Positions 18,552 through 28,099 are shown, numbered from the stretch's first letter. The stretch is 64,000 nt of DNA from an uncultured virus (IMG/VR IMGVR_UViG_3300022660_001620) (IMGVR_UViG_3300022660_001620); one strand, 5' to 3'. Made by a program: numbers and translations. The notes: generated by a model from the letters alone, not told the origin.

Positions 18552-18688
18552 TTTCACCGTCTAATTTTGTCTAATTTGAACATAACAACCAGGCCACCGT
18601 TGAAACGCCCAGCCGGTAGCCTGCTCTGAATGGTATTCCTTTCCATGCAAAGTGTCCCTTTCGTCGCCCTCTCTCCCTTAATGATATG

Positions 18689-19762
18689 TTATGCCGTCAG
18701 TCCGATTTCCTGTAAACACTGCTTAAACATGATCTCGCTGCTCATGTAGCCGAGTATCTTGCGGGGGTAATTATTTATCCACTGTTCCGTCGCGGCGATC
18801 TCCGCCTTGCTCACCTTTGCAAAGTCGGTTCCCTTTGGATGCTTGCGCCGAATCATAATATTCTGGTTCTCGTTGCTGCCCCGCTCCCATGAGGAATACG
18901 GATGGCAGAAGTAAATCTTTGTCCGGGGAATCGTCTTATTGATAACAGAACGCTCCAGCTCCTCCGCCGCCGAAAACTCAGAGCCGTTGTCTACTGTGAT
19001 GCTCCTGAACACCTTTCGGAAGATCGGAGCACCCAGCTTTCTTTCCAGCGCGTCGATGGCCTTGACGACGGTTTCCGCCTTTCGATTTGGGATTAGCACG
19101 ATGATCTCCCGCCGGGTTTTTCTCTCGGTCAGCACCAGCAGGGCCTTTGTGGAGGTATTCGCGCCGCTGTAAACCGTGTCCATTTCCCAGTGACCAAAAA
19201 TTTCCCGGTTATCGACCTCTACCGGGCGGCGCTCGATGCTCTCACCAGCCGGGGCGCGGGCAGGCTCCTTAGTTTCCACCCGCTTATAACTGGCCTTGTG
19301 CTTTCCCCTCCGGGGCAAATCAACCTGAGTAAGCCGCAGGAACACACCCTTTTTGATATAGCTGTACACCGTTGCCACAGACACGGAAGTTTTGAACACT
19401 TTCCCCTCCATTTGTGCATAACCCAAAACGGCGGCAGGGCTGCAATCATTGGCAATGATCGTTTCCTCAATGTAGGTCGCAAGCTCATGGTCATTACCGA
19501 TTTTCAGATCAGGCCCTTTCTCCCGCAGATTGGCTTGATACCGTTCCTCTGCAATGTCCGGGCTGTATGCCGTGGTCATTTCCCATGTGTCGCCGTTCAG
19601 CCGCTCATAGGCTCCGCGCTTCAATTCACGGTAAACCGTGGAAACATGAACGCGCAGCTTCCCGGCGATCTCGCCGGGCTTTAATCCCATCCGCAGCCAC
19701 TTTTCGATTCGCAGTCTGTCCGACTTCGTTAGGTGTTTGAATGTCCGCTTTGTGCTTTGCAC
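18689..19762 (-). CDS. IS30-family DDE transposase
   Basis: HTH VHVSTVYRELKRG; GHWEMDTV, ITVDNGSEF, SWERGSNEN, INNYPRKILGY; probable GTG start at 19762 after GAGGGGAGG. Confidence 0.9.
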   Translation of the reverse strand: MQSTKRTFKHLTKSDRLRIEKWLRMGLKPGEIAGKLRVHVSTVYRELKRGAYERLNGDTWEMTTAYSPDIAEERYQANLREKGPDLKIGNDHELATYIEETIIANDCSPAAVLGYAQMEGKVFKTSVSVATVYSYIKKGVFLRLTQVDLPRRGKHKASYKRVETKEPARAPAGESIERRPVEVDNREIFGHWEMDTVYSGANTSTKALLVLTERKTRREIIVLIPNRKAETVVKAIDALERKLGAPIFRKVFRSITVDNGSEFSAAEELERSVINKTIPRTKIYFCHPYSSWERGSNENQNIMIRRKHPKGTDFAKVSKAEIAATEQWINNYPRKILGYMSSEIMFKQCLQEIGLTA

Positions 19763-19902
19763 AGTGGAAACCTCCCCTCTGGTATCTGCGCAGGCGGTGT
19801 CGGTTTTTCCGTTCCGTTCTGCTTGTCGCATTTTGTCTTATTTACGCCCCTATCATAATTCACAATTTCGTTTTTCGCAACTTATTTATTGCAAATGAAC
19901 GC

Positions 19903-19950
19903 AAAAAATCCCCCGGCTATCACATTTTCGTGACAACCGGGGGACTTCTT
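19903..19950 (-). terminator. Late-operon terminator
   Basis: TCCCCCGG...CCGGGGGA stem with T run on the minus strand after the holin. Confidence 0.65.
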
Positions 19951-19955
19951 ATTAT

Positions 19956-20351
19956 TTAAGTATGCTCTGCGTTTTCGCTCTCTGCGGGCAGCTCAACTTC
20001 GCTCTCAACGAACACATCGCCCAGCAGGCCAATACCATTCTGTACCGCAATATCCAGCTCGATCACGCGGGCCTCGATCATAGCCCGTACTTCCTGCGTT
20101 ACCGTGATGCCCTTTGCCTCCAGCATCTTGACCACATAATCATTCTTGGGAATAGTCAGTGTCCCGGCTTCGGCCATCTTCTCCGCCGCCTTGACAAAGG
20201 TGCCGACGATGGAGTACAGCCGCTTTTCTTTCAACCAGGGGATGCCGGTGTTCACCACCCAGGGCAGGAACACACAGGTAAAGAGCAGGCCGCAGATTTC
20301 GACCAGGGAATCCAGCAGCACCGCAATAATGTTGGTGATCAGATCGTTCAT
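19956..20351 (-). CDS. Holin (LL-H-like)
   Basis: N-terminal TM, VKAAEKM...K..YV..L...IEARV; follows the endolysin. Confidence 0.7.
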   Translation of the reverse strand: MNDLITNIIAVLLDSLVEICGLLFTCVFLPWVVNTGIPWLKEKRLYSIVGTFVKAAEKMAEAGTLTIPKNDYVVKMLEAKGITVTQEVRAMIEARVIELDIAVQNGIGLLGDVFVESEVELPAESENAEHT

Positions 20352-20363
20352 GGTAAATCCTCC

Positions 20364-21842
20364 TTACAGTTTCGTCAGATATTTCTTATCGACAGCGCCG
20401 GTCACAGCGCCGGTTTTCTGCGTGGAAATGACAACGCGGTTCCCGTCGATGCCCCGGACATACAGCTTTACAGCGTACACCCAGGAATGGAACTTTTTCA
20501 GCGTTCCGTAGACCGTGGCCGCCTTGTCCATCTTCACGCGGTCACCAATGGCAAGCTCGCTGTCGGCCTCCTCCGCAATGTCCTCCTCGTCCGTCCAGCC
20601 GTAGACGCTGGCACCGACCAGGTGATAGGGGTGCTTACTGCCGGGATTTCTCGCCGTGACCGTCGCCGAACAGGGCTTGCACTTCTTTCCGCTGGCCGCA
20701 TTGGAGCTGACATAGTGGGTCGTGCCGATAAACTCCACCTTGTCACCAACCTTGTATTTCAGGGCGGGCGTGGTGGTGTCGGTAGCCGGTGCGGGTGTGG
20801 GTACGGCGGTTGCACCATCCTTAACCGCAGGATTGTAGATAAAGCCCAGGAAGGTATAGCCGCTCCCAGCGCCCCAGTTGCCGTTGCCCTTTTTACGGGT
20901 TTTTGTCCAGAACGGGGTGGCGTTGCCGTAACCGCTTTCAGAGGTCACGATCTCCGTTGCGCTGATGATCTGCTCCACGATTGCCACATGGCCCGCTCCG
21001 TCAGAGCCGGACAGGGTAGCGCCCTTGCGCCATACCATACAGGCACCCAGCTTCGGGGTCTGCCCGATTTCAAGGCCGCCCGCAAACTGGATAAAGTTCT
21101 CCGCGTTCACCGGGCGCAGATACTTGCAGCAGCCATACCCGCCGATCTCGTTGAATCTGCCGTAGGCATAGCCCACGCAGTTGGACAGGACATTGCACTG
21201 CGCGTCCACTGGCTTTCCCTTGATCGCGTCGGAATAGCCTCCGGCGCTCTTGGTGATGTAATACTTGTTCCCGGCCTCCGGCCTTGTCAGCCTGGGCTTA
21301 TAGGTCGTAACGGTTTCCGCCTCGGATTTCTCGGCGTACCTGTCGTAATACTTCTGGCCGTATGCGGCGCGTCTGGTCTGCACCGTTACGCCCTGATCTG
21401 CCGGGCGTTCGTACTTGGTCAGCACCGCGTCCGATGCCTCCCGGACACTGGTTGCACATTTCAGGACGGACAGCACGGCCTTGTAGCCCTCCTGCAGCTC
21501 TTTCATCAGGAACCCAAGCTGCATTTCCAGATTGCCGATGCTCTTGCCCATGTCCAGAGCATAGTTCAAAAGCCCCTGCTTGCGGCTCCAGTATGTCCAC
21601 TGGGCAAGGCCGTAACCGGCGCAGTCCCGCACAAAATCGTCGTACTCGCCGTTGTCCACCGCCTCGGTGTAGCCCGCGTCCGTAAAGCCCAGCTTCGTTT
21701 GATAGCTGTTTTGCAGATTGTTCGGTGCAAGGCCGCTTTCCGCATACAGGTTTCCCATCAGGCCCGCGATGCCGTAGTCATTCAGCCCCGCGTCTTTCAG
21801 GTAATTCCATATCTTTTCTTCGTTGGTGTTGCCTTTCAGCAT
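20364..21842 (-). CDS. Endolysin: phage tail-type lysozyme + CHAP + SH3-like domains
   Basis: GIAGLMGNLYAESG, GYGLAQWT, YERPA; NCVGYAYGR, GHVAIVE. Confidence 0.9.
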   Translation of the reverse strand: MLKGNTNEEKIWNYLKDAGLNDYGIAGLMGNLYAESGLAPNNLQNSYQTKLGFTDAGYTEAVDNGEYDDFVRDCAGYGLAQWTYWSRKQGLLNYALDMGKSIGNLEMQLGFLMKELQEGYKAVLSVLKCATSVREASDAVLTKYERPADQGVTVQTRRAAYGQKYYDRYAEKSEAETVTTYKPRLTRPEAGNKYYITKSAGGYSDAIKGKPVDAQCNVLSNCVGYAYGRFNEIGGYGCCKYLRPVNAENFIQFAGGLEIGQTPKLGACMVWRKGATLSGSDGAGHVAIVEQIISATEIVTSESGYGNATPFWTKTRKKGNGNWGAGSGYTFLGFIYNPAVKDGATAVPTPAPATDTTTPALKYKVGDKVEFIGTTHYVSSNAASGKKCKPCSATVTARNPGSKHPYHLVGASVYGWTDEEDIAEEADSELAIGDRVKMDKAATVYGTLKKFHSWVYAVKLYVRGIDGNRVVISTQKTGAVTGAVDKKYLTKL

Positions 21843-21854
21843 AGTTTCCCTCCG

Positions 21855-22184
21855 TTATTGGTTGTCGGGCGGATTGTCGGACTGTTGCATGGCCCGCTCC
21901 ATATCCTCCCGCTCCTGTTGTCTGTCCTCCTGCTGCCACTTTCTGTCCTGCCGCTTTTCCTTGGTGGTCTTAATCCATCCCATGATGCCGCACTCGCCGC
22001 CCAGGACGGTGAATACACAGGTAACGAGAGTGTCAGGTACGGAGCCGTACACGGTAAAAATCCAAATCATTGCCGCAGTGAAGATCACCAGGCAAATAAA
22101 AATGACAACCAGAATCTTGTCCATCGTGCCGATAGACTTCTTCTGCCTGCCACTCTGTTTCGATTTTTCGTTTTTGCCTCCCAT
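21855..22184 (-). CDS. Two-TM lysis-cassette protein
   Basis: Hydrophobic segments, VPDTL..CVF...GGE. Confidence 0.65.
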   Translation of the reverse strand: MGGKNEKSKQSGRQKKSIGTMDKILVVIFICLVIFTAAMIWIFTVYGSVPDTLVTCVFTVLGGECGIMGWIKTTKEKRQDRKWQQEDRQQEREDMERAMQQSDNPPDNQ

Positions 22185-22185
22185 A

Positions 22186-22470
22186 TCAGGTTTCCTTGAT
22201 ACGGGGGTGGGCGTGGTTGTTCAGGTGCTTGTTCAGCTTGTCCAGCGCGTCCTTGCACGGGCCATTGCATCCCTGCTCCACAAGCCCCTGCAGCGCACCG
22301 CGCAGGCCGTAGCAGATCAAGGTCTGCTCCTCCTGAATGGCGTTGATAAATTCGGTCTGCCTCTTGTTGGATTCGATCACCTTATAGACCGCGATCACAG
22401 CGGCCACCAGAGCGCCGACGGCAGACAAAAGACTGGCCGCCTTGATGATCATGTTAGCGTCAATGTACAT
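22186..22470 (-). CDS. Holin-like membrane protein
   Basis: N-terminal TM; EEQTLICYG...LQGL..QGCNGP. Confidence 0.65.
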   Translation of the reverse strand: MYIDANMIIKAASLLSAVGALVAAVIAVYKVIESNKRQTEFINAIQEEQTLICYGLRGALQGLVEQGCNGPCKDALDKLNKHLNNHAHPRIKET

Positions 22471-22476
22471 CGGTAG

Positions 22477-22812
22477 TTATTCCTCCTGCCCCATGGGGCT
22501 GATCATGTTGTCCGGCCACTCGTCGCCGCCGATCACTGCGCGGTATGCCTTGTCGGCTTCCGCAATTTCATCGCGCCCGGTTTCGGTGTCGCCCAGCTCC
22601 GCAAGGCGCATGGACAAAACCTTGATCGCCCGCGCCTGGATTTCCGTCACCGATTCCAGTTCCTGAATGATTCGCAAATGGCTCATGCTTTCCATCCTTT
22701 CTGCTGCTTCCCGCAACAGATCGTTGATCTCTCCGATCTGGCGCAAAAATTCCCCGTCCGGCAACGCCTCGTCTACGCCGTAGAACAGGGACAGATAGTG
22801 CTTGTTCTGCAT
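22477..22812 (-). CDS. Hypothetical acidic helical protein downstream of the RT
   Basis: GGAAAGGAGG RBS before MQNKHY; possible second start at MSHLRII. Confidence 0.55.
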   Translation of the reverse strand: MQNKHYLSLFYGVDEALPDGEFLRQIGEINDLLREAAERMESMSHLRIIQELESVTEIQARAIKVLSMRLAELGDTETGRDEIAEADKAYRAVIGGDEWPDNMISPMGQEE

Positions 22813-23852
22813 CTGTACCTCCTTTCCCACCGGGACACATACGCACGGGCCGCCCCCTTGCTTATCGTCGGTTTGATGTGCTGACAATAATACCGCCCGA
22901 AATTGATGCGTTTGCCCCATCCAAGCCGCGAGAGGAACCGCCTTGCCCTGCCGATGTTCAGCCCCAGCGCAGCGATTCGCCGCACCGTCCGCGTCAGCCG
23001 GTAAAGCAGCTTCTCCCGTAGCAGGGTATATCCCCGGAAATACCGATACCCCACAAAGTCAAGCGGCCTGCTGTGGACGCGCCACAACTGCCAGTTTCCC
23101 TTGATCGTCAGGCCGTAGCCCTCTGCGGTCATAAACTCCGCCAGGGCTTGCATTGCCCGGCGCAGCTTCCGCTTGTTCGGCCCCATCAGCACCATGTCGT
23201 CCACATAGCGCACATAGTACGGCACTTTCAGTTTTTCCTTGATGTAGTGGTCGATCTCCTGCAAATAGAAGTTGGATAACCACTGCGATGTGTAATAGCC
23301 AATGGGCAGGCCCGGCCCGCCGTTGTCGATGATGGCACCCAGCAGCTCCAGCACATCCCTGTCCTTGATCTTCCGGGCCAGCAGTTCCTTTAGCTTGTCG
23401 TGCCGGACAGACGGGAAAAATTTCCGCACATCCAGTTTCAGCACATACCGGGTGTTCTTCTTCCGTAGAGCCTTTTCCACATACCACTTTGCCGCCTTGC
23501 CTCCCCGTCCGGGTACGCTTCCGCAGCTATAACGGTACATCCCTTTGGATAACACAGGCTCTAATACCTGTATCACCGCCCAATGGACGATCTGATCTGG
23601 ATAAAAGCGCGGCACCGTGATCTCCCGCTCCTTGCCGCAGGAAGTATCGCGGATTATCCTTGTGCGGTTTTCGCCCGGCACAAATCGGTGTTCCCGCAAC
23701 ATAGCGCTGATCTGCGCCGTGTACCGCTCCGGGTCTGCCAGAATGTGCCGGACATACCCTCTGTTGTGCTTGTGCTGGCAGGCATGGAAGATGGCCCGCC
23801 TTACATTGTCCGGGTCACAGATTTTTTCGTACAAATAACCTACGCGTTTCAT
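22773..23852 (-). CDS. DGR reverse transcriptase
   Basis: MKRVGYLYEKI; KEREI, PDQIVHWA, LKLDVRKFF, GLPIGYYTSQWLSNFYL, YVRYVDD, LDFVGY; adjacent TR/VR pair. Confidence 0.95.
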   Translation of the reverse strand: MKRVGYLYEKICDPDNVRRAIFHACQHKHNRGYVRHILADPERYTAQISAMLREHRFVPGENRTRIIRDTSCGKEREITVPRFYPDQIVHWAVIQVLEPVLSKGMYRYSCGSVPGRGGKAAKWYVEKALRKKNTRYVLKLDVRKFFPSVRHDKLKELLARKIKDRDVLELLGAIIDNGGPGLPIGYYTSQWLSNFYLQEIDHYIKEKLKVPYYVRYVDDMVLMGPNKRKLRRAMQALAEFMTAEGYGLTIKGNWQLWRVHSRPLDFVGYRYFRGYTLLREKLLYRLTRTVRRIAALGLNIGRARRFLSRLGWGKRINFGRYYCQHIKPTISKGAARAYVSRWERRYRCRTSTICPCSTA

Positions 23853-24160
23853 GGTAAGAGTTCTCCCTGTCTTTGTTGTCTCACGGGTGTTCGAGCGCCC
23901 GCCTACTGACCCGTGCTCTTTACGACCGTTTTTTGCCAAGGGGCAAGGACATATATCTCCTGGAGGGGCCGTTCCCTCCAATTTACCAGGGACAAAAAAG
24001 AGAGGCGCGCGCCGATGTTGGAGTTCGAGTTCGACGCATCGTTGTTGCCGTTGAGGTACCACAAACCCGCCTTGCCCGCGTTGTTCCAGTTGCCGCCGCA
24101 GTTGAGCACAACGCCACGCAGGCCGATCAGCGCCGCAAGAGCGGAGATATATGCCCTGTA
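23853..24160 (-). ncRNA. Putative DGR template RNA (5' flank, TR, spacer)
   Basis: TR bracketed by a 14-bp long-range stem (24143-24156 with 23947-23960); non-coding spacer up to the RT start. Confidence 0.6.
23997..24115 (-). repeat. DGR template repeat (TR), 119 nt
   Basis: AAC-rich copy of the target 3' end; differs from VR almost only at adenines. Confidence 0.95.
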
Positions 24161-24176
24161 TTCACAAGTTTAATTT

Positions 24177-24202
24177 GCGAGGGGGAGTGCGCTCCCCCTC
24201 GC
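24177..24202. other. DGR target-recognition hairpin
   Basis: Perfect 11-bp stem GCGAGGGGGAG / CTCCCCCTCGC, 4-nt loop, 8 nt past the target stop. Confidence 0.8.
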
Positions 24203-24210
24203 GCTCCCCC

Positions 24211-25755
24211 TTAAAGAGGTCTGAAAGAGAGGCGCGCGCCGACGTCGGAGTACGAGTACGACGCCGCGCCGTAGAGGTACCACAAACCCGCCGAGCCCGC
24301 GTTGTCCCAGCTGCCGCCGCAGTGGAGCACCACGCCGGAGCTGTTGTAATAACAGTAATCTCCGTAATAAGTGGTCTCCGAGCCGGACGCATCCGACGGA
24401 TAGGCGTAGGAACGCACATCGTTTTGCGGTGTGTCGCTCTCCGTGCCGTGCTTCATGCTCTTGATGTAGTTGCTGGATGTGGGGCGGCTGAACCCCAGTG
24501 CCTTACCGTTGGCGCTGCTGTCCGCGTGGTGCTGGGGGAATTTGTGCGCATAGATGGTGGAGCCGGAGAAATACACGCCGTCCACCCACTTGAAGATGTT
24601 GCCAAAGGGGTTTTCGATGCCCAGCATCTTCACGCAGTCGGTAGAGGTGTTCCAGCCGTTCATGCCCACGCAGCCGTCTGTGGTGCCGGTCACCGATGCC
24701 GCAGACCAGCTATGCCCACTGACGCTGCCCGTGCGGCCGCCATACACTTTCTGGATATTGGCGGTGCGGTAGTACATCATGCACAGCAGATTGTAGGCAA
24801 TGAGCTGTGCAAAGTCGAGCTGCTGATAACCGTTGTAGTAGTTGGCGCTGGTGCCGTAGGCTCTCGCGCCTGCTCTGGCGTTCGCTCTGGTGATATTCAC
24901 AAGACAGGTGGCCCCGGTCTTGGAGTACATCTTGCTGGAGCTGCCGCTGGCCTCATACTTACCCAGGGCAAAATAGTCCAGATAGGTGTATTCATCGGTG
25001 CCGTAGCACTTGGGGTCAAGGAACGCATCGGGAATAAAGTAGTCCTCGTCCACCTGGCCGTTGGCGATCTGATAGCCGTCGATCACGCCGCTGTCATTGG
25101 TCAGCCACTTCATCCAGAATTTCGGGAATTTGACCATCACATTCCCGTCCGCGTCCTCGTATTCCTCGATAGCGCTGAACGGCCACATTGCGTCAAGGTC
25201 ATTGCTGACGCTGGTATAGTCGCCGTTTGCCGATGTTTCGTATGCCGCCACATCCGCCGCCGCGTCCGTCAGGGTCAGAACGCCGGTGGAGCCGGTCAGC
25301 CCGGTAACGCCCAGCACGATAGACGCGGTGAAGTGGGCGTAAATGGTGGTATCCTCCGTAGGCACAAAGGGGAACTTTACCCGCTCGCCGCCCTCTGCCT
25401 CGGTGTACCATCCCGCAAAGGCGTACCCGGCCCGTGCGGGGGAGCCGGTGGGCCGCGCCACGCTCTGCCCGGCGGTCACGGAAACATAGGCATAGGTCAG
25501 ACCGTTTGCGGAGAATGTCACGCCATAGCCGCCCACAACGCTGCTTCCGCCGCCGGATGCTTCAACGGCCACCGTCACCGTACCCAGACCGTCATACCCA
25601 GCGTCACAGGTATACACGCCGTTTTCCGTGATGGCCTTGTCCTGGACAACGGGAACCTCGTCCCAAAACTTCGCGCTTTCGCCCTCCTCTGTTTCAACCT
25701 CCAGATAGGACACATCGCGGAATACGCTGCCGCCGATCTTAACATTTTTCGACAT
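24211..25755 (-). CDS. DGR target protein, probable receptor-binding/tail-fibre tip (InlB-B-like repeat + C-type-lectin-fold C-terminus)
   Basis: GYAFAGWYT repeat; GIENPFGNIFKWVDG; GGSW..AG.W......GARLSF end containing VR; located in the tail module. Confidence 0.85.
   Translation of the reverse strand: MSKNVKIGGSVFRDVSYLEVETEEGESAKFWDEVPVVQDKAITENGVYTCDAGYDGLGTVTVAVEASGGGSSVVGGYGVTFSANGLTYAYVSVTAGQSVARPTGSPARAGYAFAGWYTEAEGGERVKFPFVPTEDTTIYAHFTASIVLGVTGLTGSTGVLTLTDAAADVAAYETSANGDYTSVSNDLDAMWPFSAIEEYEDADGNVMVKFPKFWMKWLTNDSGVIDGYQIANGQVDEDYFIPDAFLDPKCYGTDEYTYLDYFALGKYEASGSSSKMYSKTGATCLVNITRANARAGARAYGTSANYYNGYQQLDFAQLIAYNLLCMMYYRTANIQKVYGGRTGSVSGHSWSAASVTGTTDGCVGMNGWNTSTDCVKMLGIENPFGNIFKWVDGVYFSGSTIYAHKFPQHHADSSANGKALGFSRPTSSNYIKSMKHGTESDTPQNDVRSYAYPSDASGSETTYYGDYCYYNSSGVVLHCGGSWDNAGSAGLWYLYGAASYSYSDVGARLSFRPL
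24224..24336 (-). repeat. DGR variable repeat (VR), 113 nt
   Basis: 10 A-to-N substitutions relative to TR plus a 6-nt deletion; ends in GGCGCGCGCC + IMH-like CTCTCTTT. Confidence 0.95.
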
Positions 25756-25757
25756 GA

Positions 25758-27455
25758 TTAACCTCCCAAAATGAGTGTTCTTGTGATGGTGTTGTGCTGT
25801 GCGTGGGCGCTCTGGACGGTCACATTCAGCCCGCCATCCTCCGCCACGGACACGCTTGCCTCGCAGCGGTTGATCTGAACGCCCGCGTCAAACAGCGTTT
25901 CGCCGTTATACACGATGTCCACCGTGGAATACTTGATGTGTGTGGCGTAGTTCTGGCCGGGGGAAACGCTGTCCCTGTAATCGTGCATTTCCCATTCCGA
26001 GCTGGATTTCTCCTTACCCACATACACCACGCCGTAACAGGTCATTTCAGCCGTGGCCGCACTCAGCGTTTCCACGGTAAAATCCGACATCAGGAACATC
26101 ACGCCGTGATAGGTGTGCGCCTCGTTTTCCAGATAGGCCACGGCGGCGTAATCCCCGGTGTAGACCTCCGTCACTTCCTCAATGCAGGCGGCAATTTCCT
26201 CCGGGGGCTGCTCTACCACATTCGGCTCCGTCACATCTACCACGATCTCGTCATAGCCGTCTACTCCGGCAGGGGGCGTGTAGGTGCCGTTTTCCGTGAC
26301 AGTCAGCGTCCGCAGGGTCGGGTCTACATACACATACTCCGTGTCCGCTTCCAGCGTACCCGTCTTGCCGTAGATCGTAACGCCCTTTTTGATGTTTCCC
26401 GCCACAAGGTTTGCGTCGCCTTTCACCGTTACCTCGGAAAAGCCGTCCACATCCGCGCCGGGGGAAACGGTAAATTCCTCGCCCGTGGGCGTGACCGTCA
26501 CTTCTGCCAGATCAGGCTCCGTTTCCGGCACCGCCACCACCACTTGCGCCTGCTGCGTCACATCATAGGTTCCGTTCCCCGTGACGGTTTTCGACCCGCT
26601 GGGGACGATATAACCGTCAGGCACGGGGACATCCACCTGTGCGTTGGCGTACTGGCTGACATCGTGTGTTCCGTTCTCCGTGATAGCCTTTGTCCCACTG
26701 GGGGCAATATAGCCGTCAGGCACGGGGACATTCACCTGGGCGTTAGCGTACTGGCTGACATCGTGGGTTCCGTTCTTCGTGATGGCCTTTGTCCCACTGG
26801 GGACGATATAGCCGTCAGGAATGGGTACGGCCACTTCGACCTCCACCCCGGACAGCACATGGCCCTCGTCCGGCTCCACCGTGACGGTGCCGTTTTCCGT
26901 GACCTCCACGCTCTTGCTCTGCTCCGGCTTTGCGGTGTCAATGTCCACCTCCGCCTCGGCATAGTCGGTAACATCGTGGGTGCCGTTTTCTGTGATGCGC
27001 AGCGTTCCTGCGGAGGGATTCGGAACATTGACCGTTACCTTGCTCAGATACTTGCCCGCCGTCGGCGTGACTTCGCCGTTGGCGCTCACACTCTTTTCCT
27101 CGGTCTGGATGGCTCCCACCGTTACCTTGCTCAGTCCGTCGTACCCGTCGTCCGGCGTGACGCTCTGCGCCTGGGTGGTGGGCTGTGCCGTCTTTTCCTG
27201 CAGCACTGCCGGAATGTCCGCCACATTCACCGTCACTTTCGACAGTCCATCATATCCCGCGTCCGGCGTGACCTCGCCGTTGGCGCTCACGCTTTTCTCC
27301 TGCAAGGTCGGGTCAGTCTTGATGGAGCGCACCTTGCCCGGATAGCTTGCAAAGGTGTCGCCATCCGCCACCGGCTGCCCTTTCTCGATCAGGGCGGCTT
27401 TCAGATCGTCCTTTGTCGCCGCCACCTTGTTCAGCTTGTCAGCGATAGTCCCCAT
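25758..27455 (-). CDS. Repetitive tail-fibre-like protein
   Basis: Repeated ITENGTHDV and LQEK....[14 protein letters not shown] units; 99-bp tandem repeats ~26580-26830. Confidence 0.7.
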   Translation of the reverse strand: MGTIADKLNKVAATKDDLKAALIEKGQPVADGDTFASYPGKVRSIKTDPTLQEKSVSANGEVTPDAGYDGLSKVTVNVADIPAVLQEKTAQPTTQAQSVTPDDGYDGLSKVTVGAIQTEEKSVSANGEVTPTAGKYLSKVTVNVPNPSAGTLRITENGTHDVTDYAEAEVDIDTAKPEQSKSVEVTENGTVTVEPDEGHVLSGVEVEVAVPIPDGYIVPSGTKAITKNGTHDVSQYANAQVNVPVPDGYIAPSGTKAITENGTHDVSQYANAQVDVPVPDGYIVPSGSKTVTGNGTYDVTQQAQVVVAVPETEPDLAEVTVTPTGEEFTVSPGADVDGFSEVTVKGDANLVAGNIKKGVTIYGKTGTLEADTEYVYVDPTLRTLTVTENGTYTPPAGVDGYDEIVVDVTEPNVVEQPPEEIAACIEEVTEVYTGDYAAVAYLENEAHTYHGVMFLMSDFTVETLSAATAEMTCYGVVYVGKEKSSSEWEMHDYRDSVSPGQNYATHIKYSTVDIVYNGETLFDAGVQINRCEASVSVAEDGGLNVTVQSAHAQHNTITRTLILGG

Positions 27456-28099
27456 CAGACAACCTCCCCGTTAATGGCATCCAGCACAGCGGCGATATTG
27501 CCCAGCGCGTCACCCACGGCCTTTGCGTCCGCCGCCGCGCCCGCCACAGCTAAAGTGGCATCCACGCTGACCGCCGCGTTTTTGATCGCCTGCCGGATGT
27601 CCGCGTGGGCCTCCTCGTCCTCGTTGTGCGCGTTCACGCTGGCCTGCACCATTTCCCGCGACGCAAGAGCCGCCGGGTCTACATTGACCTGGAGCGTACC
27701 CGTGTTTGCCATTTCCAGCATACCGTAGAATGTATAGACGAAATCCGCCATTTCCCCGGTGCTGGGAATGTCCACGCCCGCGTCCGTGTCCGTCTGATAC
27801 AGGGCCAGCATGGCTTCCTCGCCGCCGTCAAGCTGCGCGAATACGCCGATCTGATTCAGCGCATACCCCACGGCCTGCGGCGTGATCTGCATACTAAGCC
27901 GCTGGCCGTCCAGCGTTTCCACGCTGGACAAAATGCTGATCTCCTGTTTCTGGTTCACAAGGGCGGTCTGTACGATCAGGGCCAGTTCTTCCACCCGTCC
28001 CGTACCCGCCGCCGCCCGCGTGATCTCCAGCGTCTTTCCCGCTGTCCATCCGTTCAAAAGCTCGTTTCCCGCGTTGGTGATAACGCCTTTCCAGGACAT
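27455..28099 (-). CDS. Tail fibre attachment protein (P2 gpH N-terminal-like)
   Basis: [10 protein letters not shown]...[15 protein letters not shown]; follows tail protein I. Confidence 0.65.
   Translation of the reverse strand: MSWKGVITNAGNELLNGWTAGKTLEITRAAAGTGRVEELALIVQTALVNQKQEISILSSVETLDGQRLSMQITPQAVGYALNQIGVFAQLDGGEEAMLALYQTDTDAGVDIPSTGEMADFVYTFYGMLEMANTGTLQVNVDPAALASREMVQASVNAHNEDEEAHADIRQAIKNAAVSVDATLAVAGAAADAKAVGDALGNIAAVLDAINGEVV

Noticed and set aside
22477..22812. Avd accessory protein
   Set aside because: Acidic, no Avd-like pattern; resembles ordinary pre-lysis phage ORFs. Kept only as an open question.
22773..24062. RT as a group II intron, retron or Abi RT; 429-aa ORF start at 24062
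   Set aside because: TR/VR pair and GxxTSQ motif identify a DGR RT; the upstream extension runs through TR, and the likely start is ATG 23852.
23903..24109. 68-aa Asn-rich ORF
   Set aside because: It is the translation of TR, with no RBS.
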